Shown in pieces: positions 50,193-59,831 of a stretch of DNA of 64,000 bases. The notes beneath the pieces were generated by a model. It had not been told where the DNA came from. It did not search any database and saw only the letters and a list, made by a program, of their open reading frames with translations. The stretch is taken from the NCBI GenBank assembly GCA_963719515.1, contig CAVRCJ010000013.1, positions 160,001 through 224,000 on the forward strand. The letters are read 5' to 3'. Position 1 is the first letter of the stretch, and each line of letters opens with the position of its first letter. The position numbers and the translations under genes were made by a program. This DNA comes from an uncultured cyanobacterium. GTDB lineage: Bacteria; Cyanobacteriota; Cyanobacteriia; CAKZMO01.

Positions 50193-51446
50193 ATGATTTA
50201 TTTACGCCCCCGTCATATTCTGCTCCGTCAGGCAGGCTGGGCAGGCCCGCTCGCCCTCTGCCTGCTTATAGCGCTGTCGCTGCCGACCGCTGCTAGTCCG
50301 GTCTGTGCGACCGCTCACAGCGCTGCCGCCTCTGGCCTGCCCTACCCCAGTTCAACCACCACCGACCTGCTGACTGAAAGCTGGGCGGCGTACCGCGATC
50401 GCTTCATCTTAGAGGACGGTCGCGTGGTGGACTGGGAGCGCGCCGATCAGCATTCCACCTCAGAAGGACAGGCCTATGCGATGCTGCGCTCGGTCCTAAT
50501 TGACGACCGCGACACTTTCAATAAGACTCTGACCTGGGCTGAGAACAACCTCCGGCAGGGGAACGCCGGCCAGCCCAGCCAGCTGTGGGCCTGGCGCTGG
50601 GGAGAGCAGCCGTCGGGGGACTGGGGAATTTTGGACCCAAACTTTGCCAGCGACGCTGACGTTGACGCCATCACGGCGCTGCTGCTAGCGGCTGACCGCT
50701 GGGGCTGCCCCGCCTATGCCCAGCTGGCCCAGGAAAAACTCGCGGCCCTCTGGGAGCAATCAACGATCGCCTTAGGAGGCGATCGCCTCCTACTGCCCGG
50801 CCCCCGCGAGGCCTTTTTCCCTGAAGACGACACCTTAATTCTCAACCCCTCTTACTTTGCACCCTACGCCTTTCGCCTGTTTGCTGAGGCTGACCCAGCC
50901 CGCGACTGGATGAGCCTGGTGGACAGCAGCTACCGCATTCTAGAGGCTTCTAGCGCGGTCTCTCGCGTCGGGCTGCCGGGGGACTGGGTAGTGTACAACC
51001 CCAAGCGCGATCGCTACAAGCGCGTGTCCCGGCGCAGTAGCTTGAGCAGCACCTATAGCTTTGACGCCTTTCGGGTCTGGTGGCGCATCAGCCTTGATGC
51101 AGCCTGGTTCAATGAGCCCAGGGCGCTCGAATATCTAGAGACCCATTCCGCTCACCTGCGCCAGCTGTGGCGCGATCAGCAGGCGATTTCTGCCGAGCTG
51201 AGCCTGCGGGGGCGCTCCCTTGTAGACTACGAGGCCACGGCCCAATACGCCATGCTCTATCCGGCGCTTGCTCTGGTGGAGCCAGACCTCGCTGCCCAGG
51301 TGCTCGACCAGAAGCTGATGCCCGCCTACCAAAACGGATTTTGGGACAACGACTCGGCCTACTACACGCAAAATCTGGCGTGGTTTGGCCTACTGCCCCT
51401 GCAGCGTCCTTCTTTTTCAGCCGACTCCCCACAGCCTCCTAGCTGA
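50193..51446 (+). CDS. bcsZ: GH8 endoglucanase (BcsZ-like)
   Basis: Signal peptide, TSEGQAY, ASDAD, LNPSY, FDAFR; upstream of bcsB/bcsA. Confidence 0.88.
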   Translation: MIYLRPRHILLRQAGWAGPLALCLLIALSLPTAASPVCATAHSAAASGLPYPSSTTTDLLTESWAAYRDRFILEDGRVVDWERADQHSTSEGQAYAMLRSVLIDDRDTFNKTLTWAENNLRQGNAGQPSQLWAWRWGEQPSGDWGILDPNFASDADVDAITALLLAADRWGCPAYAQLAQEKLAALWEQSTIALGGDRLLLPGPREAFFPEDDTLILNPSYFAPYAFRLFAEADPARDWMSLVDSSYRILEASSAVSRVGLPGDWVVYNPKRDRYKRVSRRSSLSSTYSFDAFRVWWRISLDAAWFNEPRALEYLETHSAHLRQLWRDQQAISAELSLRGRSLVDYEATAQYAMLYPALALVEPDLAAQVLDQKLMPAYQNGFWDNDSAYYTQNLAWFGLLPLQRPSFSADSPQPPS

Positions 51447-51617
51447 AGACCCTCCCACAGCCTGCAGGTTCGCGAGGGCGTCGCCTTTCCCCTTGGCAAA
51501 GGTAAACGTTAGGACCGTACTCTGTCTCAGCTACCGCCAGCATAGTTTGGTTCTACCCTCACCCCTGACCTAATCCAGGTCGCCCTAGCCCACCCCGTGT
51601 TTTTACCGCTGCCCCTT

Positions 51618-54082
51618 ATGCATTCCCTACTTCGCTGGTTAAGCTCGTTTCGCCCCCGACATCTCACTGCTGTTGGCCTAGTGCTCTTATTTTTGACGGG
51701 CATAGGTCTGCCATTTGGGCTGGCCGCCGTTGCGCAGGCCACCGTCACACGGGCCGTCGCGCGGCCACTGTCGCGCAGGCCACTGTCGCGCAGGCCTATG
51801 GGCCGTCTCTATCAGTGCTTGTAGCGCAAGCGTCGGATAACGATGAGGCAGACGACGATGACGATGAGACAGACGGTGAAGATGACGATGAGGCAGACGA
51901 CGATAAAAACACAAGCGCTATCTCCTCCGCACTAGCGGCCTCTCCCGTCACCCAGGCCGAATCTGCCGGAGAGTACGTGCTGGAGTTCAACCGCAGCCCG
52001 CTGGTGGGCAATCGGCTTCGCTTAGAAGGCATTTACGATGAAACTCGGCTCAGGTTTACGCGACCTCGAAACTGGGAGGTTGAGTCTGTCAATCTCCTGC
52101 TGCACTTCCGTCATTCTGCGGCGCTCTATGCGACTCGCTCCAACCTCAACGTCCTGGTCAATGGCACTAGCGTGGGCAGCGTACCCCTAAATCTGCCCCA
52201 GGGCGAAATTGGCGATGTGGTGTTTGAGGTGCCCGTAGACCTGCTGCAAAACTACAACGAAGTTGTGGTCACGACCCTACAGAACAACTCCCCCACCTGC
52301 ACCCAAGACGCCCTCGACCCGTCCCTTTGGACCGAGATTCTGCCTGACTCTAAGCTGGTGTTCGACTTCCAGCCGCAGCCCATCACCCTCGACTTTGCCC
52401 AATATCCCTACCCCATCTTTGACGATCTCAGTCTTACCCCTAACCAAATTGCCTATCTGCAGCCCAGCGAGCCCGACGACGCTTGGCTGACCGCCATGGC
52501 GCAGATGCAGGCCTCAATGGGACGCATGGCGGAGTATCGCCCCATTGAAGTGCGCGTGACGGAGACGTTAGAGGGCGATCGCCCCAGCGAGCGGCTGATC
52601 GTCATCGGCACCCCTGAGGCCCAGCCGGCTCTCAGCGAGTTTGAGCTGCCGTTCGAAATCGAAGACGGCCAGCTGCTAAGCGATTCGAAGCCCCTCCCCT
52701 CCGACACCGGCGTCCTTTTGCTCACCACCTCTCCCGATGAGGAACGTCCGGTGCTTATCGTCACGGGAAATAGCGAGGCGGCGGTCAGCAAAGCCGTTCA
52801 GTTTCTCTCTCAGCCGGTAGACTGGCAAGTCGCCACCGGGCACACCATGCTAATAGACGAGGTAAGCCCCGTGCCCGCGCCGTCCCCCCGCGCCTGGCCC
52901 CGGTACCTGCCTGCCGCAAACCGATTTGAGCTGGGGGATCTGACGGATTACCTGGGGCAACCCATTGGCGATGTGACCGTGCGGGGATCCCACGCGCCCG
53001 CCCTAGAGTTTGACTTCAAGGCCCTTCCAGACGACCGGTTTTTGCCGGGCAACGTCATGACCTTGGAGTATAGCTACGGCCCCCAAGTGAACCCCCTAAC
53101 CTCGCTGGTGGAGGTGCAGCTCGATGGGGTGGGGCTTGACGGCGATCGCCTCACCTCTATCGATGGAGCAGAGCGCAAAACTCTCCGCGTCGACCTGCCA
53201 GAAGATCAAATTACCCCGCAATCAAAAATCCGGGTCAACTTTCAGCTCGACCCCCGGGAGCGTCGCTCCTGCAGCCGGGTGACGGATGCCCAGCTGTGGG
53301 GCACTATCCACGCCGAAACCCACTTCGACTTAAGCCGGGAGATGGGGGTTCGCATTCCTGACTTGAAGCTGCTGCAGTCTGGATTTCCTTTTGCATCGCC
53401 CCAAGATTTGTCTAGCACCGCTGTCGTTATGCCGGATGAGCCATCTACTGCAGAAGTGGAGCTGCTGCTGAAGTTTGCCGAGCGGCTGGGTCGCCTCAGC
53501 AGGGCCGACGCGATCCGTCTGCAGGTCTACCGAACGGGACAGCTGCCTGAAGACGCCCGCGCCGAGCATCATCTGGTAGGCATTGGCGTCCGCGATCGCT
53601 TTCCGCTACCGGAGGTGTTTGAGGCAGAAGGCTTCAAGCTGGAAGACGCCTTTTCTCGGAAGTGGCGACAGAGCGCCATTCAAACTATTCCGGACCACGA
53701 AGGTCTCGTCAAGCAGATTCTCTCGCCTTGGAACGATGAGCGCGTGCTGATGGCCTTGAGTGGACAGACCGAAATTGGCCTGCAGCAGGTGCAGCAGGTG
53801 CTGGGCCAAGACCCGCTCTTTTATCAGCTGCGGAACGATACAGTGCTGGTCAAAGCCAACGTCGAAGCGCCGTCTGCAGACAACCCCAACGACTACGCCC
53901 TAGAATTCCTGACTCAGGCTCCGGCCCAGGCCGACATCGTCGATGAAAACCCGTCGAGTCGGCTTCGTCACCTGTTTAGAACCAACTGGCTTGTTCTGAC
54001 CGCAGGCGTTTTAGCTGCAACGCTGTTCCTTTACGGGGTCGTGCAGCTTTACCTGAAGCGATATCGCACGGTCAGAGATTAG
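51618..54082 (+). CDS. bcsB: Cellulose synthase periplasmic subunit BcsB; signal-peptide segment (from 51618) is out of frame with the body (ORF 51815..54082)
   Basis: SNLNVLVNG, LWTEI...S, PDLKLLQSGFPF, SPWN, C-terminal TM anchor; upstream hydrophobic signal ORF joins the body if 1 nt is added near 51762. Confidence 0.85.
51723..51796 (+). repeat. Degenerate 15-bp tandem repeat GCCACTGTCGCGCAG (ATVAQ) in the bcsB 5' region
   Basis: Units GCCGCCGTTGCGCAG, GCCACCGTCACACGG, GCCGTCGCGCG (short), then GCCACTGTCGCGCAG x2. Confidence 0.8.
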
Positions 54083-54214
54083 CCGCGGGTAGAGCCTGAC
54101 CGGGGGTAGAGCCTCACGGTCGGCGAAAGAGTCTTGGGCTAATCCAAGGCTCTTTCGCCAAACGCGGCAGGACAAGAGCAATCGGCATAGAGAGTACTGG
54201 GCGCGAAGGACATT

Positions 54215-56827
54215 ATGCAACAGACACCTAAAAGCATCATAGAGGGGAAGGACCGGCTTTATGCCCGCCTTTCGACCTGGTTAACCCAAGGATGGCCAAA
54301 CGGAATCGACCACCTGCTGCAGCACCTCAATCAAAGTCAACTGTTTCTGCTGCTGCTGGCTTTGATTGTGTTCTTCAGCCCGCTGATTACGATTCGACCA
54401 ACGCTGCTTCAGCAAACGCTGCTGGGAGTTGCCTTTGTGGTCATAGGCCGGTTTATTCTGGCTTTAGAGGAGCGCCATCCCAGTAATCGAACCACGGAAT
54501 ACTTTCACCTGTTTCTGGTGATTGCCAGCTCCATCGCGACGCTGAGGTATCTGTACTACCGAACAAGCTACACCCTCAACCTGGATGATCCGTTCAACGG
54601 CACCTTCTCGGTCTTGCTGTATTCCGCCGAACTCTACGCGATTATCACGCTGTTTCTCTCCTACTTTCAAACCCTCAAGGTCCGCCATCGGCGCTCGGTG
54701 GATCTGGCCGACTACCCGCAGCAAAGCTGGTTCTCCGTCGACGTTTATATTCCGACCTACAATGAAGACGTTGAAATCGTTCGCAAAACGGTTTTAGGGG
54801 CGATCGCTCTTGACTATCCAGCAGATAAAAAGCGGGTCTATATTCTAGACGATGGCCGCAAAGACTTAGAGCGAAGAGATCGACTTGAGCAGATCTGTGA
54901 GGAGCTAGACTGCGCTTTACTAGTTCGCGATAACAACGAGCATGCCAAAGCGGGCAACATCAACGCATCGCTTACCAAGACAACCGGCGATCTCGTTCTC
55001 ATCTTGGACTGCGACCATATTCCAACTCGCGGCTTCTTGATAGAGACAGTCGGCTTCTTCTTTAACCCTAAAATTGCTCTGACGCAGACGCCTCACTGGT
55101 TTTACAACCCCGATCCTTTTGAAAGAAATTTGCTCACCCAAGGCCGGATTCCTGTAGGCAACGAGCTGTTTTATAAGGTCCTGCAAAAAGGAAATGACTA
55201 CTGGAACGCCGCCTTCTTTTGCGGATCGGCGGCCCTAGTGCGGCGGGCGGCACTGCTAGAGGTAGGCGGGATTGCCACCGAAACGGTGACGGAGGACTGC
55301 CACACGTCCCTGCGGCTGCACTCTAAGGGCTACGAAACGGCCTATTACGACAAAATTATGGTGGCCGGACTGGCCCCGGAAAAGTTCTCGGCCTATGTCG
55401 GGCAGCAGGTCCGCTGGGCGCGGGGCATGGCCCAGATCCTGCGCACTGAAAATCCGCTGTTTAACCGTAAGCTCAACCTGACGGTCCCGCAGCGGCTGTG
55501 CTACATCAGCGCCACGTCCCACTTTTTCTTTGGGTTCCCGCGCCTGATGTACGCCCTGGCCCCCTGTTTCTTCCTGCTGTTTGGCATCACATCGGTCAAA
55601 GGATTAGGGGTGGAAACCCTAGCTTACGCCATCCCGCACATTTTTTTGTCCATGCAGACCAATCACATTCCCTATAAGCACGTCCGCTTCTCGTTCTGGA
55701 ATGAAATCTACGAGTTTGCGCTTTCATTTCAGGCTGGATTGGTGACCTTGTTCGCCCTCGTCAATCCCAAGCTGGGCTCGTTTAACGTGACAGAAAAGGG
55801 CATGGTTGTCGATCGCCGCAGTTTTGATTTTGACTCGGTTCGCTACCTTGTCATTGTCGCAACGGTGTCGGCCTCGTCGCTCATCGCGTTGCCCTTTTGG
55901 CTCATCTTGCGGCCCCTAGACACTCAAGCCGCTTTAATTAATTCGCTGTGGTGCGTGTTCAATTTATTTTTGCTGCTAGCGGCCTGCCTCGTCGCCTTTG
56001 AGCAGCCGCAGCTGCGCCGGGCTCACCGCCTACCGCGCAAGCTGACCGCCATTATTCACGGAGAGGGCCACAGCTGGGGCGGCACCACAACCAACATCAG
56101 CGAGACGGGGGCGCAGATTTTGCTCGATGCCTGGCCTGACGTGTCCGACGAAGTGTGGGTAGAGCTAGTGGGAGACTATGGTGCCCGGGTGTTGCTCAAC
56201 GCTCGAATCGTCCGGGCCACTGCAACCCCCCAGCTGCAGACGCTGCTTGCGGTTGACTTCATTGAACTCAACCGCGCTCAAAGAGATGACCTAGCGCTTG
56301 TACTGTTCTCTGATGTGAGAACTTGGTACTCCCAAGAGCGCATGGAGCGCGATCGCCCTCTGGAGTCCTTCAAGTTTATTGCTCTGAGTTTAGTCCGCGC
56401 CTTCAGGGAGTTTATTCCGGAAAACGGCATGCGTATTCGTAAACAAATTCAGGCAACGGCGCAGCTGTCCTGGGAGGAATGGGGAAGCAAATCCTATATT
56501 GCAGATGTCAAAGAGATCAGTACGGTCGATATTCGCCTAGAGCTGGAGCTAAGCCCTAACATCTCGCTAGAGAAACTTCAGCAAAGTCAGCCTGTTTTGG
56601 GCCTGTTGATTGTTTCTGAGAATTTTAAAGCCCAGAGCCTGCTGGCTAAAGTAGAGCGGATTGAAAGGTTGCCCAGCTTTATTCCTGTCGAGGCCTCGGT
56701 AGGAGGAGGCTCCTACCGGGGCTTTCCTCAGCGTATTGCGCTAGAGCTTTCATTTCCAGAACACGTTAGACAACAGCAAAGCGGAAAAATTCGTCGGTTG
56801 ATGCGGAGTTCCTCAAATGATGAGTAG
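54215..56827 (+). CDS. bcsA: Cellulose synthase catalytic subunit with PilZ domain
   Basis: PTYNE, DDG, HAKAGN, DCD, TED, QQVRW, FNVTEK; PilZ RRAHR...NISETG. Confidence 0.93.
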   Translation: MQQTPKSIIEGKDRLYARLSTWLTQGWPNGIDHLLQHLNQSQLFLLLLALIVFFSPLITIRPTLLQQTLLGVAFVVIGRFILALEERHPSNRTTEYFHLFLVIASSIATLRYLYYRTSYTLNLDDPFNGTFSVLLYSAELYAIITLFLSYFQTLKVRHRRSVDLADYPQQSWFSVDVYIPTYNEDVEIVRKTVLGAIALDYPADKKRVYILDDGRKDLERRDRLEQICEELDCALLVRDNNEHAKAGNINASLTKTTGDLVLILDCDHIPTRGFLIETVGFFFNPKIALTQTPHWFYNPDPFERNLLTQGRIPVGNELFYKVLQKGNDYWNAAFFCGSAALVRRAALLEVGGIATETVTEDCHTSLRLHSKGYETAYYDKIMVAGLAPEKFSAYVGQQVRWARGMAQILRTENPLFNRKLNLTVPQRLCYISATSHFFFGFPRLMYALAPCFFLLFGITSVKGLGVETLAYAIPHIFLSMQTNHIPYKHVRFSFWNEIYEFALSFQAGLVTLFALVNPKLGSFNVTEKGMVVDRRSFDFDSVRYLVIVATVSASSLIALPFWLILRPLDTQAALINSLWCVFNLFLLLAACLVAFEQPQLRRAHRLPRKLTAIIHGEGHSWGGTTTNISETGAQILLDAWPDVSDEVWVELVGDYGARVLLNARIVRATATPQLQTLLAVDFIELNRAQRDDLALVLFSDVRTWYSQERMERDRPLESFKFIALSLVRAFREFIPENGMRIRKQIQATAQLSWEEWGSKSYIADVKEISTVDIRLELELSPNISLEKLQQSQPVLGLLIVSENFKAQSLLAKVERIERLPSFIPVEASVGGGSYRGFPQRIALELSFPEHVRQQQSGKIRRLMRSSSNDE

Positions 56828-57732
56828 GCCCATCACAATCGCTCTAACTGGACCTAACCCAGCCAAAGGCGCTCTCGAAATTCCGCCCTAGGCCAAGCCG
56901 AACAAAGGCGTCTTAGAAGGTAGAAACAGGATAATAAAGTAGGCTCTCTGCGAATATTTTTCAAGCAATAATTTGAGATAAAGCAGCGGCTATGGAGACT
57001 GAAATATTTGCCTATCTTTTCAAGAAAATAGAGACTCTTGCGCAGTCTAAAAAGTTTCCTAAAAGTCACAAATATTCGCTATTAGTTGTTTCTCATCTAA
57101 GGACTTTATTTAACTTCACTAGGACTTTAGAGCGGATTTATAAACTTTACTGATTGCGCCACTATCCTAAGATAGTATTAATTATGAAGGTTATTGGCGC
57201 ATCGAATTCGAGTCCGTTTTAAGAAATTATTTTCCAGGCTTTGGGGCTGCATCTCCTAGAAAACCTCTTTTAGAAACTTGTGTCACAACGCTGAATTTTT
57301 ATAGCCTGGTTCGAGAGTGCTGAGCATTAGTCTCTTTATCTACCTACGACGCTGCGCAAACCAACAGCCTGATTTCCAGCTAGGCCGCATCTAAGGTGAG
57401 AGAAGCAAACTTCCTAAAACGGCTCCGGTTTAGAGGCAGCTCTGGCGAATAAGTGCAGGTCAAACTTATTTCCAGCGTTTGGCTAGTCTGTCCACCGCCA
57501 GCTAGATGGGGTTAGTCAGCTCGTCAGCTAGAACGCCAGTCAGGTTGCGGCATCGCGCTTACGGAAATTCGGTCAACGAAACCTGCCGTAGCTGGCGGTC
57601 TATCCCTTCAACTTAATCAAAACTAAGCTGCCAAGTCTTAGCGCCCTAGGGTCACTCCTACGGACTCTGCTGGTGGCCAAACTAACAATCCGCCAATCGG
57701 CGTTATGTGCAAGAGAGTGAGAGTAGAGGCTG

Positions 57733-58755
57733 ATGAATATGATTTCGATCGCGAGCCATGAACCTTTTCAGAAGCTATATCCCTTGAGTTTGCTGGCTCA
57801 GTCCGTGAGTCGCCAAACCAGCGGTTGCCTTAGGGTTTCGGACGGTTCAGCATCTTGGTCCATTTACTTGTACCAAGGGCGACTGACCTATGCGTCCAAC
57901 TCCGTTGACCCGTTTGGACGGTTAGACCGTCATCTTCGACAGCTCAGCCAGTATGTGCCTAGTCTTGTCAGTGCAGTTCGGGTTCAAGTCCGCCTTCTAT
58001 TTGATCGAGGGTCAGGGGCCGACACCGCCCAGGTGCCAGACTACCAGGCCATTTGCTGGCTCGTAGAGCAGCAGTATTTGAACTTGGCACAGGCGTCGAC
58101 CCTGATCGAGAGCATTGCTAAAGAGGTAATTGGACAGTTCCTTCAGCTCCAGCAAGGCGCTTATGAGTTGATTGATCGCGAAAAGCTAGTGGAGTTTCCT
58201 CAGCTGTGCCAGCTAGAGCTCCGTCCGCTGGTGGAATACTGTCAGCATCAGCTGCGACAGCGATCGCCTCAGGTTAATGCGCCGTCTAAACTTCAGCGCA
58301 CCAACCGAGACCTCTCGGCGCCGCCCTCAGGCCGACAGAATCTCTCTGCAGGCCCCCCCGCCGCCAGTACTTCCTCAGAGGTTGCTAAGACAAACTACAC
58401 CATTGCCTGCATCGACGACAGCCCCACTGTGCTTCAGGCCATCAAGTCTTTTCTAGATGACACAAGCTTCTCGGTCATCATGATTAGCAATCCAGTTCAG
58501 GCGCTGATGCAGATTGTCCGCAGCAAGCCAGATCTAATTTTGCTGGACGTCGAGATGCCTAACTTAGACGGATATGAGCTTTGCTCTTTGCTGCGTCGCC
58601 ATCCCATGTTCAAAGCGACGCCCATCATCATGGTGACCGGTAACACAGGGTTTATCGATCGCGCTAAAGCAAAGCTCGTTCGGTCGTCCGGCTACCTCAC
58701 AAAGCCATTCACTCAACCAGACCTCCTCAAGATGGTGTTCAAGCATCTCTCCTAG
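57733..58755 (+). CDS. PatA-family response regulator (PATAN + REC), PixG-like
   Basis: N-terminal PATAN-like domain, C-terminal REC CIDDS...LLDVEMP; first gene of a che-like operon. Confidence 0.88.
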   Translation: MNMISIASHEPFQKLYPLSLLAQSVSRQTSGCLRVSDGSASWSIYLYQGRLTYASNSVDPFGRLDRHLRQLSQYVPSLVSAVRVQVRLLFDRGSGADTAQVPDYQAICWLVEQQYLNLAQASTLIESIAKEVIGQFLQLQQGAYELIDREKLVEFPQLCQLELRPLVEYCQHQLRQRSPQVNAPSKLQRTNRDLSAPPSGRQNLSAGPPAASTSSEVAKTNYTIACIDDSPTVLQAIKSFLDDTSFSVIMISNPVQALMQIVRSKPDLILLDVEMPNLDGYELCSLLRRHPMFKATPIIMVTGNTGFIDRAKAKLVRSSGYLTKPFTQPDLLKMVFKHLS

Positions 58756-58791
58756 CCCCCGACCCGATAAACATCTAACCAAAACGGAACC

Positions 58792-59169
58792 ATGAGCGTA
58801 ATCTTAACCAAAACTGTTCTCATTGTTGAAGACACGGCTTCTCAAATGGAGCTGATGAGTCACTATCTGCGGGAGAGCGGCTATACCGTCGTTGGCGCTG
58901 TGAGTGCGCAGGAGGCCATGGCTAAAGCCAATGAAAACACGCCTGATGTCATTGTCACTGACGTGGTCATGCCGGGAATGAGCGGTTTTGAACTCTGTCG
59001 CAGCCTGAAGCGTAATCCTGCAACGGTCAATGTGCCCATCATTATCTGCACCTCAAAAAATCAGGAGATCGATCGACTGTGGGGCATGCGGCAGGGCGCT
59101 GATGCTTACGTCACAAAGCCCTTCACTCGCGAGCAGCTTGTACGAACCGTTCAAATGGTAGCGGGGTAA
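58792..59169 (+). CDS. CheY-like response regulator, PixH-like
   Basis: Single REC domain, VTDVVMP, WGMRQGADAYVTKPF. Confidence 0.9.
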   Translation: MSVILTKTVLIVEDTASQMELMSHYLRESGYTVVGAVSAQEAMAKANENTPDVIVTDVVMPGMSGFELCRSLKRNPATVNVPIIICTSKNQEIDRLWGMRQGADAYVTKPFTREQLVRTVQMVAG

Positions 59170-59174
59170 ACACA

Positions 59175-59666
59175 ATGCCAACATCCGCGCTAGCGCTACC
59201 CGCAAAACCCCGCCGCACCCCTGGTGATGCGCACCTCAAATTCTATTTGGCGGAAGATATGCCCGCCATTTTTTCGATGCGGCACATCCAGGAAGTTGTA
59301 GTTCTTCCAACGCAAAGGCTGACACCCATGCCCAACATGCATCCGGCGATGCTGGGGCTGATGAACCGACGCAGCCGGGTGCTGTGGGTTGTCGACCTGT
59401 CCCGACTCATGGGGCTGCCCTATCTCGACCGCATGACCCAGCACCACAGCTTGATCCTCATTCAGGCCGGACAGGTGGCTTTGGGTTTGGCGGTCTATCG
59501 ACTTGAGGGAATGACCTGGCTGAACGCGGGGACAATTCAGTCTCCTGTAGGGCACGTTGCCTCCGAACTTGTGCCCTATCTCAGAGGCTGTGTCCTGGAG
59601 GCACAGGAAATTACCATGGTGCTCGACGTCGAGGCGATCTCACAATCTCCCGTATTCTTGCCCTGA
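59175..59666 (+). CDS. CheW-like adaptor, PixI-like
   Basis: TPMPNM...LGLMNRRSRVLWVVDL. Confidence 0.88.
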   Translation: MPTSALALPAKPRRTPGDAHLKFYLAEDMPAIFSMRHIQEVVVLPTQRLTPMPNMHPAMLGLMNRRSRVLWVVDLSRLMGLPYLDRMTQHHSLILIQAGQVALGLAVYRLEGMTWLNAGTIQSPVGHVASELVPYLRGCVLEAQEITMVLDVEAISQSPVFLP

Positions 59667-59831
59667 TTTTTGCCCTTTCAACGGCTTCCCTGATTGGTGG
59701 AGTGCAAAGCCGCTGTCTCCGTCTCAGCCATCTTTTAATCCCCGCTTTGGCTCTCTTTATCCCGGCTGCCAACCCATCTCGAACCACTTTCAGCACTCAT
59801 AGCCCAACTCTCTGCGCAAAGGTATTTCATC

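Noticed and set aside
54083..54116. Two 17-bp direct repeats after bcsB (also short duplications near 14588 and 22441)
   Set aside because: Short local duplications with no evident function
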